Shown in pieces: positions 24,154-33,181 of a stretch of DNA of 64,000 nt. The translations under genes were made by a program, and so were the position numbers. Every line of letters begins with the position of its first letter. The stretch's first letter is position 1. Origin of the DNA: an uncultured archaeon (GTDB taxonomy: Archaea; Iainarchaeota; Iainarchaeia; Iainarchaeales; 1-14-0-10-31-34); the NCBI GenBank assembly GCA_964608675.1, contig CAZSOZ010000003.1, forward strand, positions 10,900-74,899. Direction: 5' to 3'. The notes below the pieces were generated by a model. That model saw nothing but the letters and a program-made list of their open reading frames with translations, searched no databases and had not been told where the DNA came from.

Positions 24154-27100
24154 ATGAATAAAGTAAACGTTTTTTGGTCGGCATTTATTATTTCTTTGCT
24201 GTTGAATGTTCCGTTGTTTTATGCTGTAAGTTCAAATGAATTTTATTTTCAGGATGAATCTGAATTAATTGAAGAACCAGTTAACACTTTTTCTTGTTCT
24301 CAGAGTTCTCTTTCTCCTGAAGAAATTCAGGCTTTTCAGGAAAACATTCTTGAAACAGGTTTTTCGGGAGAAAATCTTTCTGCAGGCTCACAGCCTTTAA
24401 AGGATCGTGAAACACTTGAAAATAATACTGCTTTGCTTGTTTCTCCTGATTCAAATATTGCACAAAAAGTTGAGCTTCCTAATCAGGAGATTTCAGCTGA
24501 AGAAGTTTCTTATCTTTTAAATAATCGTTATGATGGAGCTTATTCTTTTGGTTTGCTTTTGAATGATTCTCTTAGATTAGGCCAGTGCAGGGATAATTCA
24601 GCTGACTGTCCTTTAATGGGAAACAATTTAACTTATAGAACTGATGGAGAGGGATTTAAAGAAGATTTTGTTTCTGTTTGGGGGGATTTAAAGGGAGTGG
24701 TTAATGACTGGTTTGGAAGCAAAAAAGATGTTCCTGGCGAACAGCTTCCTGAAGAAACAAAACAAAGGATTAAGGATTATTTTGAAGCTGGAGCTGAAGA
24801 AGATGTTGAAGGAACAATTGTTAAAAAAGTTCCCGGCGAATACATGTCTAACAGTGTTTTAACTGATGAATTCACTGCTTCTATGGGAACAACATGCAGG
24901 GATTCTTCTTGTACTATTTCTTTGTATTCTTTTTTTGATAAGCATTTCAATCAATGGTTTTCTTCTAATATGGTGGTTCAGACTGCAGGTCCTACTTTGT
25001 TGTTTGGAGCAAAAAAATTGTTTGGCTTGAGTGCAAGAAGAGGTTTGTTTGGAGCCCAGTTTATTGATGTTGAAAACACTAATTTAGTTAAGAATATGAG
25101 AATGAAAATTTGGGGTCCTGATTCTTTTTTTTCAGAAAAACTTGGTTCAAGGATTATTCAGCAAAAAAACAAGTATGATGGTTTTCCAGAGTTCTATAAA
25201 GAGTTTGTTCAGAATTCTCTTTATGAAAAAGGAATGGCTGACAGCGACGACACTTCAAGGATTCTTGCTAAATTTCTTGACCCTAAAACTTCTCCTTTGT
25301 ATACTAATGGAACGATTTCAATTGAAAAAAAGAAGGCTTTTGTGCAGTTAGCAAAAGACCTTAAAAGATATACTACTACTGCGGATTGGTATGGTCAGGC
25401 AGCAAAAAGGGAAATGGATGACATAATTGAAGTTTTTGGAAGAGAGTCTCCTCAGGGAATTGAAGCAAGAAGATTATATGGAGCAAAAATGTCCAGATTG
25501 TATGGAAAGTTTGATGATGATTTGGATGCAGATTTCCCTAATATGATTGCAATGCAGGAAAGGCTTGGATTATGGAATAAAGGATTAAAGAATGCCAGAA
25601 CAGGAAACGTTCAAACTATTGCTGCTGACAGCGATGTATGGAACAACATAATGAAATGGTTTGGTGGACACGGAAAATATGATTTTTCTTTAAGGGATGT
25701 AACTGATTTTGAGCCCGGAACTTTTGCTAATGCTGCAAGGCACTGGCATGTAAGAGGAGATGATTTAGTTTATTATAAACTTAAACCTACTTTGACTTCT
25801 GATGTTATTCCAAGAGGAGACTTAAAGGCATGGGTTGCAAAATCAAAGACTGATGATCTTTATGCTAATATTCCTGGTCATGGATTTATTGAAATAAGGG
25901 ATAATACAAAAGATTTTATTTTAGAGCAGGTTCCCGGGGACGTAAGAATTTATAAAGGTTCTTGGTCTGAAGCTGGAGCTCTTAAACCTGAACAAATGGG
26001 TGACCTTCTTGCAGATAAACCGACTAAAAGGCTTCAGAAGGCTTCTGCTATGAATGAACAGTTATGGGGGGCTTTAAGAGAAAAAAATTGGGCTGAAAGA
26101 AAATACTTTAATGCTATGGATAAAATTTTTGCTAATGAAGAAAGGCTGGCTAATGCTTATTTTAGGAGTGTTGGAGGAGCAGCAAAATATACTGTGGTTC
26201 CTTATATTTACTGGCAGGCAAAAAGAGGTTTTGGTGTTGATGAATTAAGTGCTTATATGCTTCCTGAAACATGGAGGACAGTGCATTATTCTTCTGGAGA
26301 AGACAAATTGTATGACGATGCTTTTATTGATTTTTTTGCTAATTCAGGTTCTGATGACGGAGACCTGTTTATTAGGGTAATTGACAATCTTCCATGGAAA
26401 TATGTTTTGAATACTTTGTCTGAAAAATTTAATCTTGTTAAACAACAGTATGACCGTTATACTAAACCTAATGGAGGGCTTAGAACTGAAGTGGGAAACA
26501 TTGCAGTTTATTCTAATACTTCTGAGAACTGTATTGGATGTGGCATTACTTTGAATTCTTCTTCTGCAAATGATTTTCTTGCTTTATTTAAGTCTGGAAG
26601 CAGGACTTCTTCTATTGTTTTAGAGGATACTCCGAAAGACGAGCAAAAGAATGGTGCAGTATTAATTAATTATGCTCATCATCTTGATTTGCAGGGAAAA
26701 ACTCCTGAAGGAGTCCCTGAAAAAATTAATTTAAGTGAATCAGTTTCTGAAAATAATACTTGTCAGGATGCAATAGAGGAAGCAGGTTATGGAGTTGGAT
26801 TTGCAAACAAACATGGAATTAATCCTGGTTTTTATTTGGCTTCAGCTGAAGCTGCTTCTTATCTTATTTTTGGAATGGGAGGAGCAATTGTTACTGCTGT
26901 CCAGCAGTTTGTTGTTGCATCAAAATTGCAGGGTTGTGTTGATTCAAGTGAAGGTTATTATACTCATTTTTTTGTTCCTGCTTTTGAAGAAGAAGAACCT
27001 CCTAAAGAAAACACTGTTGAGTATTCAACTCAAAAGGTTTCTAATTTAATTGATGATGCTTCTTCTCAATTAGAATCTTTTTTTACTGGAACAGGAACTT

Positions 27101-28626
27101 TAACTCAGGATGCAGTTGATAATGTTAAAAGAGAACTTGATTCTCTTTCAAGAGGAGCAAAGAGCTCTGATTTAGTTCAGGCAACTTATGATACTTATGG
27201 TTTTTCCAGAGGCATGATGTCTGGAATAAGATTGTTTTATTTTTGGGTTGCTGGAGGCACAAACATTGAGCCTGCAGAATATAAAACTAAAGGAAAAACT
27301 GTAATTGAAGGAGTAAACGGGCAGACTGCTGTTTCAGACAACGAAAAAGGAAATTTGGTTGTTGATGGAAAAGAAGTGTTGAATTCTGAAGATCATGTTA
27401 GAATGGCTTCAACTGATTTAGCAATTCCTGCGACTGCTTATCCTAATGATTTGAGTATGACAAGATTTTCAGGGAATCCTTCTCAATTGGTTTTTGAATT
27501 AAAGATGTCTCCTTTGGGGGATTCAGCTGACATTGTTGTTCAAGATAAAGATTTATTGGATTGTATTAAGGAAGGAGTTTTAAAGCAGACAGGCTTGTCT
27601 TTGAATTCAGCTAATTTAAGTGAAGCTTTTGGTAAATTCAAAGAATTAAAGACTTCAACTCATTCAAGTGTTTTTGTGCAGGATGGAAAAATTGTTGCTG
27701 AAGGAATTCCAAGAAAAACTGCTTTTAATGAACCTGGTTTGGAGGTTTATGGAGACAGAAGCGTTAAATTGTTGAATTCCAAAGACGAGGATCCTGACAT
27801 AGGAAAATTAACTGCAATGTATTTTGATAACGGTTATTTTATTTATAAAGAATCCACTAATGAATTTATTTTTTGGTTAAGACATCATGAAAAAGGAAAA
27901 CTAGAACAAGAAGATGTTTTTGGATTAAATGTTTCTCCTAAAATGCAGACTAATCCTGTCACTGGATGTGAAGAGTATGTGTTTGATATGAAAGTTTTAG
28001 GAGACCCTGAGTCTCCTGCTAAATCAGAGAAAGCAAGATTGTTTAATGAGTCTTTGAATAAAATGGGTCCTTTTAGTACATTTAAAACAGATAAAAAAAC
28101 TTATGTTTTTTATGAAGATGAAGACTGTAAAATTCATTTAAGAATTATTGATAATGAAACAGGAAAAATTGAGTATGATGAATTAATTGATTCTTTGGAT
28201 TCAACTGCTGATGGATTTAATGTAAAAACTGCTGACGGACAAAGTCATGACTTTGGTTTTTCAACTGAAAACGGAAGGCCTTTCCTTGACTATAACGGAA
28301 TAAAAGAATTATTGAGAACTGTTTCAGGACAAAATGGAAGCATGTGGTATGACCCAGAAAAAGGTTTATGGTATGCAGAAAACGCTCAGCTGTTGCCTTT
28401 GCTTGATTTGTTTAGAACTGAAGGTCTTAAGTTAACAGTTGAAGATAATGTTGCAAAAGGAGTTCCTGGAGCCAACACTATGAACATTAATTTGAATGAC
28501 AAGACTGCAAACAATCCTTTTAATTTGCCTTCTTTGCCTGAATCTCTTTTGGGTTTAAGCTTGTTTTTTGTTTCTTTGATTGCATGCATGTTTTTGATTC
28601 AGTTTTCAGTTAAAAAGAAAAAGTAA
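24154..28626 (+). CDS. Large (1490 aa) secreted surface protein with a C-terminal sorting-signal-like tripartite end (motif, TM helix, KKKK)
   Basis: N-terminal signal peptide MNKVNVFWSAFIISLLLNVPLFYAVSS. The body is hydrophilic with many Cys. The C-terminus is NPFNLPSLPESLLGLSLFFVSLIACMFLIQFSVKKKK-stop. Confidence 0.8.
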   Translation: MNKVNVFWSAFIISLLLNVPLFYAVSSNEFYFQDESELIEEPVNTFSCSQSSLSPEEIQAFQENILETGFSGENLSAGSQPLKDRETLENNTALLVSPDSNIAQKVELPNQEISAEEVSYLLNNRYDGAYSFGLLLNDSLRLGQCRDNSADCPLMGNNLTYRTDGEGFKEDFVSVWGDLKGVVNDWFGSKKDVPGEQLPEETKQRIKDYFEAGAEEDVEGTIVKKVPGEYMSNSVLTDEFTASMGTTCRDSSCTISLYSFFDKHFNQWFSSNMVVQTAGPTLLFGAKKLFGLSARRGLFGAQFIDVENTNLVKNMRMKIWGPDSFFSEKLGSRIIQQKNKYDGFPEFYKEFVQNSLYEKGMADSDDTSRILAKFLDPKTSPLYTNGTISIEKKKAFVQLAKDLKRYTTTADWYGQAAKREMDDIIEVFGRESPQGIEARRLYGAKMSRLYGKFDDDLDADFPNMIAMQERLGLWNKGLKNARTGNVQTIAADSDVWNNIMKWFGGHGKYDFSLRDVTDFEPGTFANAARHWHVRGDDLVYYKLKPTLTSDVIPRGDLKAWVAKSKTDDLYANIPGHGFIEIRDNTKDFILEQVPGDVRIYKGSWSEAGALKPEQMGDLLADKPTKRLQKASAMNEQLWGALREKNWAERKYFNAMDKIFANEERLANAYFRSVGGAAKYTVVPYIYWQAKRGFGVDELSAYMLPETWRTVHYSSGEDKLYDDAFIDFFANSGSDDGDLFIRVIDNLPWKYVLNTLSEKFNLVKQQYDRYTKPNGGLRTEVGNIAVYSNTSENCIGCGITLNSSSANDFLALFKSGSRTSSIVLEDTPKDEQKNGAVLINYAHHLDLQGKTPEGVPEKINLSESVSENNTCQDAIEEAGYGVGFANKHGINPGFYLASAEAASYLIFGMGGAIVTAVQQFVVASKLQGCVDSSEGYYTHFFVPAFEEEEPPKENTVEYSTQKVSNLIDDASSQLESFFTGTGTLTQDAVDNVKRELDSLSRGAKSSDLVQATYDTYGFSRGMMSGIRLFYFWVAGGTNIEPAEYKTKGKTVIEGVNGQTAVSDNEKGNLVVDGKEVLNSEDHVRMASTDLAIPATAYPNDLSMTRFSGNPSQLVFELKMSPLGDSADIVVQDKDLLDCIKEGVLKQTGLSLNSANLSEAFGKFKELKTSTHSSVFVQDGKIVAEGIPRKTAFNEPGLEVYGDRSVKLLNSKDEDPDIGKLTAMYFDNGYFIYKESTNEFIFWLRHHEKGKLEQEDVFGLNVSPKMQTNPVTGCEEYVFDMKVLGDPESPAKSEKARLFNESLNKMGPFSTFKTDKKTYVFYEDEDCKIHLRIIDNETGKIEYDELIDSLDSTADGFNVKTADGQSHDFGFSTENGRPFLDYNGIKELLRTVSGQNGSMWYDPEKGLWYAENAQLLPLLDLFRTEGLKLTVEDNVAKGVPGANTMNINLNDKTANNPFNLPSLPESLLGLSLFFVSLIACMFLIQFSVKKKK

Positions 28627-29502
28627 TTATTTTTTTCCTGCTCTTTTTCTTAGTTGTTCAAAGTATGCTTCTCTTTTTTTTTGTATTTCTGAAAGCCTGT
28701 TTTTTGACAGCCTGTAATTTTTTTCGTGGTCTTTATGTAATTCTATTGCTTTGGTTAATGCAAGGTATTTCATTTTAGCTAAATTGCTTTTGTATTCTCT
28801 TAAATATGGAAGTCTAATGAATTCACCAGGATTTAACTTGAATCCAAATCTTTCTAATCCGGTTATTCTGCAGAATTCTTCAAATGGTTTTCCTACTTTT
28901 TCAAATAATGCTTGATAATTCATTTTGTCTGCAAATTTATTGTGGTTTTTTATCAGGTTCTGCAGGGTTCCTTCATATTTTTTTAAAAGAATTCCGTTTT
29001 CCCATGCTTTTCCTGCTTGTTTTGCTTTTTCAACTATTTCGTTCCATTTTTTTGTTCCTTTTAATTTGTTTATTCTGTCTAAATTGTTTTTGAAGGGATC
29101 TGTAGGATGAACAAAGTTTGCGTCCCCCCAGAATTCTTTTCTGAATTCAGGTGAACCTCTTAATAAAACTAAAAGCTTGTGTCTTTTTAGTGCTTCTTTT
29201 TCTGCTTGAATTCTTGCAATATTTTCGCTTACTTTTTCTCTTATTTTTTTTTCTTCTTGTTTAATTTTTCTTTCATAGTATCTTCGTGTTTCGTCTTCCA
29301 TTATTTCTTTCAAACTTAAATTTGATTTTTTTTTGATTTTTTGGGTTCCTTTTTTTTCTCCGTAAATGTGAATATGAGTACTGTCTCCTATTTTAACTTT
29401 TTTTCCAGGAATTTTTTTTCCTTTTCCGTCATCAATAATAAATTTTGAAGGCTTCTTTTTTACGTTTACTGTATCGCCTTCTACTTCCAGGTTTGTTTTC
29501 AT
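28627..29502 (-). CDS. Very basic protein with an N-terminal VPGMKTNLE[VI]EGDxVNV module, function unknown
   Basis: 291-aa ORF, Lys-rich, with a predicted helical C-terminal domain. An in-frame basic peptide (KTPGGIGRRPKPKRKKKKKTPTVKVPG) precedes the Met without a start codon. Confidence 0.5.
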   Translation of the reverse strand: MKTNLEVEGDTVNVKKKPSKFIIDDGKGKKIPGKKVKIGDSTHIHIYGEKKGTQKIKKKSNLSLKEIMEDETRRYYERKIKQEEKKIREKVSENIARIQAEKEALKRHKLLVLLRGSPEFRKEFWGDANFVHPTDPFKNNLDRINKLKGTKKWNEIVEKAKQAGKAWENGILLKKYEGTLQNLIKNHNKFADKMNYQALFEKVGKPFEEFCRITGLERFGFKLNPGEFIRLPYLREYKSNLAKMKYLALTKAIELHKDHEKNYRLSKNRLSEIQKKREAYFEQLRKRAGKK

Positions 29503-29597
29503 TCCGGGAACTTTAACTGTAGGGGTTTTTTTCTTTTTTTTTCTTTTTGGTTTGGGTCTTCTTCCTATTCCTCCAGGCGTTTTTAATCCCTTCTTTT

Positions 29598-29831
29598 TTA
29601 TTTTTTTCTTTTAACTATAGGTTTTTTTGGAATTTTCCCTATGTTTATTGTAATAGGTTTTCTTTGTACGTTTACTCTGTCGCCTTCTATTTCTAAGTTT
29701 GTTTTCATTCCCGGAACCCTTGTGTTTGGTTTTTTTCCGTTTGCCGGCGGTTTTCTTTTATGCTTTTTTACTTTAATTGGTTTCCTTTTTTTTGGAACTG
29801 GCCTTCTTCTTGGTGCTGGCATAAATTTCAT
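29598..29831 (-). CDS. Small very basic ORF carrying a second copy of the MKTNLEIEGDRVNV module, possibly a frameshifted fragment of the same gene
   Basis: 77 aa, MKFMPAPRRRPVPKKRKPIKVKKHKRKPP...VPGMKTNLEIEGDRVNVQRKP. A roughly 50-bp DNA segment (about 29650-29700) is near-identical to 29462-29512. The frame differs from the downstream ORF. Confidence 0.35.
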   Translation of the reverse strand: MKFMPAPRRRPVPKKRKPIKVKKHKRKPPANGKKPNTRVPGMKTNLEIEGDRVNVQRKPITINIGKIPKKPIVKRKK

Positions 29832-29885
29832 CCTCCTTTATTTGTTATTTATTTTATATTTTTCTTTTTTTATTAAATCTTGTTT

Positions 29886-30635
29886 TTAAGTGTACATTGG
29901 TGTTTGGCCTTCAAATTTTTCTACTTTGCTGGATGTTTTTTTTATGTTATTGAAATGTTTTAATAGTTCTTTTTCTGTTTTTTTTGCTTCGTTTAATAAC
30001 GGTTTTGTGTCTACTTCCAGTGAAAGCATTTTTGAAAGTTTTTCCAGAATTCGTGCTGCTGATTTGTAGTCTGCCTGCAAATTAACGCTTCCTAAAAGGC
30101 TTATTGCTTCAAAGTTTTCTTCTTTTTTTAATTGCAGTAAAATTAATGAAGTTATTCCTGTTGTAATTCCTTCTTTTATTGGTTCAATGCCGTGTTTTTT
30201 TAGTACTTCTAATGATTTTTGGTTTGAAGCTATCCCGTAAATTTTGTTTTGTTCTTTTGCTCCTGTATTAATTCCTTCAATTGAAATAAGTCTTGCAAAA
30301 TTGTTTTCTTCAATCCATTCAACTATTGCTTTTGCCATTTTGTCTGCATAATATTTCGGCACAATTTGTTCTGAAATAATTATTGCAATTTTTTTTTCTT
30401 CGTTAACATAAATTCTTGAAGGATTAACGGGTTTTCCTTCATGGATTCTTATTATTGGAATAAAAATATTTGTTTCAATATGACCTGCTTCTTTGAAGTT
30501 CATTTTTTCTGCTAGATATTTTGCACCTATTGTTCCAACTAATCCCATTCCGGGAAAGCCTTCAATTAATGTGTATCCTGAAAAATTTACCGGCGTTTTT
30601 TCTATAAATTCTATTTTCATTTCTTCTTTTATCAT
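29886..30635 (-). CDS. PAC2-family (proteasome assembly chaperone-like) protein
   Basis: The N-terminal region TLIEGFPGMGLVGTIGAKYLAEKM matches the FPGxGxVG signature of the archaeal PAC2/DUF75 family. Length is about 250 aa. Confidence 0.65.
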   Translation of the reverse strand: MIKEEMKIEFIEKTPVNFSGYTLIEGFPGMGLVGTIGAKYLAEKMNFKEAGHIETNIFIPIIRIHEGKPVNPSRIYVNEEKKIAIIISEQIVPKYYADKMAKAIVEWIEENNFARLISIEGINTGAKEQNKIYGIASNQKSLEVLKKHGIEPIKEGITTGITSLILLQLKKEENFEAISLLGSVNLQADYKSAARILEKLSKMLSLEVDTKPLLNEAKKTEKELLKHFNNIKKTSSKVEKFEGQTPMYT

Positions 30636-30734
30636 TATAACCCCTTTTTTTAATAAAAAAGGCTTTTAGTCTTTATTAAAGTATGTTTTTTTTTCCAGCA
30701 AGTTTTTTAAAGATCTGAATTTATTATTATTCTT

Positions 30735-31382
30735 ATGCCTAAAAAACCCAGAAACCCAAAAAGAAGACTTTCTCCTGCAGGAAAAAGAAATCTTGCTAAA
30801 AGGCAAAAATTGCTTAATACAAATTTTTCTGTATTGGGAAAAAAAGCAAATTCAAGGAAAGAATATTTTCACAGATTGCAGGATTTGGCGTGGAAGCAGA
30901 TAGGAAAAGCAGATTTTTTGAGGTTGAAGAAAGGAGCAGGGCCTTTTTTGATTCCAAAAAAAGCAAATGTAAACAACTGGATTTTGAGAAAAACAATGCT
31001 GGATTTTTTTGCAAAAAATCCTAAAAAAAACATTCAGTTATTCAGGGATGCTTTTCGTTTTGAAGCAGATGAAAGTTTGAGAAAAGATGCAGTTAATTTA
31101 TTGAGGAAATCAAATGATAAAGCTTCAGCGCCGTTTATTTTAAGTGAATTAAAAAAAGAAGATAATGGATTGTATTTCAGGCTTTCTTGTGCTAAAGCTT
31201 TAAATAAACTTGGAGGAAAAAAAGAAAGAACTGAATTGCAGAGAATGCTTAAAGAAAAACATGAATTTGCTGAAACTCCTTTAATGTTCAGGCTTGCTTT
31301 GGCTTCAAGTCCTGCGGAATACAGGAAAGTTTTAAGGGAAATGAAGGAAAAAGAAATTATTTTTGATTTAAATCTGCATTAA
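30735..31382 (+). CDS. Basic HEAT/PBS-lyase-like repeat protein
   Basis: The N-terminus is Lys/Arg-rich. Repeated helical units carry LRKDAVNLLRK...APFILSELKKEDNGLYFRLSCAKALNKLG, as in HEAT-like repeats. Confidence 0.45.
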   Translation: MPKKPRNPKRRLSPAGKRNLAKRQKLLNTNFSVLGKKANSRKEYFHRLQDLAWKQIGKADFLRLKKGAGPFLIPKKANVNNWILRKTMLDFFAKNPKKNIQLFRDAFRFEADESLRKDAVNLLRKSNDKASAPFILSELKKEDNGLYFRLSCAKALNKLGGKKERTELQRMLKEKHEFAETPLMFRLALASSPAEYRKVLREMKEKEIIFDLNLH

Positions 31383-31392
31383 ATTCATTCAA

Positions 31393-32388
31393 TTATAGAA
31401 TTAATGCAAAATTATATGAAAGAATTCCTATGGGAATTAAAATCAAAGAGTAAACTAAAAATTTTTTTATTTGTCCTTCTTGGTTTGCAATAAACAGAGA
31501 AGAAATTAATGCGTATTCTATTATGTAAATTTGGTTTGCAAGCATTGAAGCAGAAATTAATTCATTTCTTTGAATTTCGTTCATTCCTAATCCGAGTTCT
31601 TCTATTCCTATGAAATTCATTTCCTGTACAAATCCTACAATTAAACCTAAAAGCATTGGGACAATTATTCCTCCTGCCAGAATTAAAGTATATTTTTGTA
31701 TGAATAAAGATGCAATTCTTTCTTTTATGATTGACTGGGTTTCAAGAATGTCTTCTGCGCTTTCTTTGAATACTTTGTTCATTTCTGCTCCTGATTTGTT
31801 TCCTTGAATTAACAAATTTAGTGCACGGGAAATTATTCTGCTTTTGCTTCTTTCTGAAATCCCTTGCAATGCTTTTTCTATTGTTTTTCCTTTTTGTATT
31901 TCGTTGAATGCTTTCCTGAATTCTTTTGAAATCAGACCGTAATCTGATTTTGAAATGTATTCAATTATTTTTATGATTGGAGTGCCTTTTGGAAAAATGC
32001 TTGCCTGAAGCAAAACATCAGGAATTATTTCTTCTTTTTCTTTTTTGTTTTTTTCAAATAAAAACAAATGATAAAAATAATGAGTTATTCCAGGAATAAT
32101 AAAGCAAAAGCAAAACAGAAGAAATGAATAAAAAAAATTTAATTCTTGTAAAGAAGAAAATCCAATTGAAATTAAACCAAAAGCAAAACCTGTTCCCAAA
32201 TACCATTTAATTATTTGTTTTGAATTCAGTGTACAGTTGTTTTCTTTTAAAATCTGAGTGAATTCATTTATTTTTTTCCATTCAAAAAAATTAATTTGGT
32301 TTTCAGGATATTTTGTTTTGTTTTTTTGTTTTAGTTTTTTGAATTCTTTTCTTGTTTTTTGAATTATTTTTTTTATTTTTTTATTCAT
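31393..32388 (-). CDS. TadC/FlaJ-like platform protein (T2SSF domain), second system
   Basis: 331 aa with TM helices flanking a soluble T2SSF-like domain (PDVLLQASIFPKGTPIIKIIEYISKSDYGLISKEFRKAFNEIQKGKTIEKALQGI). It is operonic with the ATPase. Confidence 0.65.
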   Translation of the reverse strand: MNKKIKKIIQKTRKEFKKLKQKNKTKYPENQINFFEWKKINEFTQILKENNCTLNSKQIIKWYLGTGFAFGLISIGFSSLQELNFFYSFLLFCFCFIIPGITHYFYHLFLFEKNKKEKEEIIPDVLLQASIFPKGTPIIKIIEYISKSDYGLISKEFRKAFNEIQKGKTIEKALQGISERSKSRIISRALNLLIQGNKSGAEMNKVFKESAEDILETQSIIKERIASLFIQKYTLILAGGIIVPMLLGLIVGFVQEMNFIGIEELGLGMNEIQRNELISASMLANQIYIIEYALISSLFIANQEGQIKKFLVYSLILIPIGILSYNFALIL

Positions 32389-32393
32389 TTTTT

Positions 32394-33179
32394 TTATTCC
32401 TTCATAAATTCAGGAGTTTTGCTTTTTATCAGCAGAAGTATTCCTGAATTAATTAATGGAAAAAGAATTACTGTGATGAACAGAATCTGGCTTGCAGTGA
32501 AATCCAATTCCATAAAAGTGCTTCCAATTGAAACAAACGCCTGAAAAAAAGCAGGAATTATTGCAGACAAAACTATGAACACAACTGAATACATTGTCAT
32601 TTTGGATGTAAATTCTTTTGATTCTGTTTTTTGTCTGGAAAGCAGTTCTTTTGCCAGCTGTTTTATTGGTTCTCCTTTTTCGTGGGAGCCATGTTCGTAA
32701 ATGCTTATAATTTGTGAAACACTTCTTTTCAGTATTTTTGAGTCAATTCTTTCGCTTAAATTAAATAATGCTTTTTGTATTGTTGCTCCGGCTTTTATTT
32801 CTTGAACGCATTTTTTTATTTCTTCTGAAAATTCTCCGTATTCGTCAGTTAAATTTTCAAGTATTTTTTCAAAGCTTAAATTAATGTTTAATTCAACTGA
32901 CATTGCCATTAAAGCAAAAGGCAGATGCTTTTCAATTTTTTTTGCTTTTTTTTTCTTTAAAATAAACGGGATTTTTAATGCAACAAAAATTCCTGAAAGA
33001 AAAACAAGGATTCCTGAAAACAATGCAGTTGTAAGTTTTGTAAATGCAAAAACGCTTATCAATGAAATAATTCCTGCTGTAAGGGAATACTTTACTGCTT
33101 TTTTTGTGAATTCTTTTTCAGTTAAATTTATTCCTGCTTTTTTTAAGTTTTTTTCTTTTGCCAGAAAAATTTTTTTCAT
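32394..33179 (-). CDS. TadB/FlaJ-like platform protein (T2SSF domain), second system
   Basis: 261 aa with a T2SSF-like soluble domain (KHLPFALMAMSVELNINLSFEKILENLTDEYGEFSEEIKKCVQEIKAGATIQKALFNL) between TM helices. Confidence 0.65.
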   Translation of the reverse strand: MKKIFLAKEKNLKKAGINLTEKEFTKKAVKYSLTAGIISLISVFAFTKLTTALFSGILVFLSGIFVALKIPFILKKKKAKKIEKHLPFALMAMSVELNINLSFEKILENLTDEYGEFSEEIKKCVQEIKAGATIQKALFNLSERIDSKILKRSVSQIISIYEHGSHEKGEPIKQLAKELLSRQKTESKEFTSKMTMYSVVFIVLSAIIPAFFQAFVSIGSTFMELDFTASQILFITVILFPLINSGILLLIKSKTPEFMKE

Positions 33180-33181
33180 TT

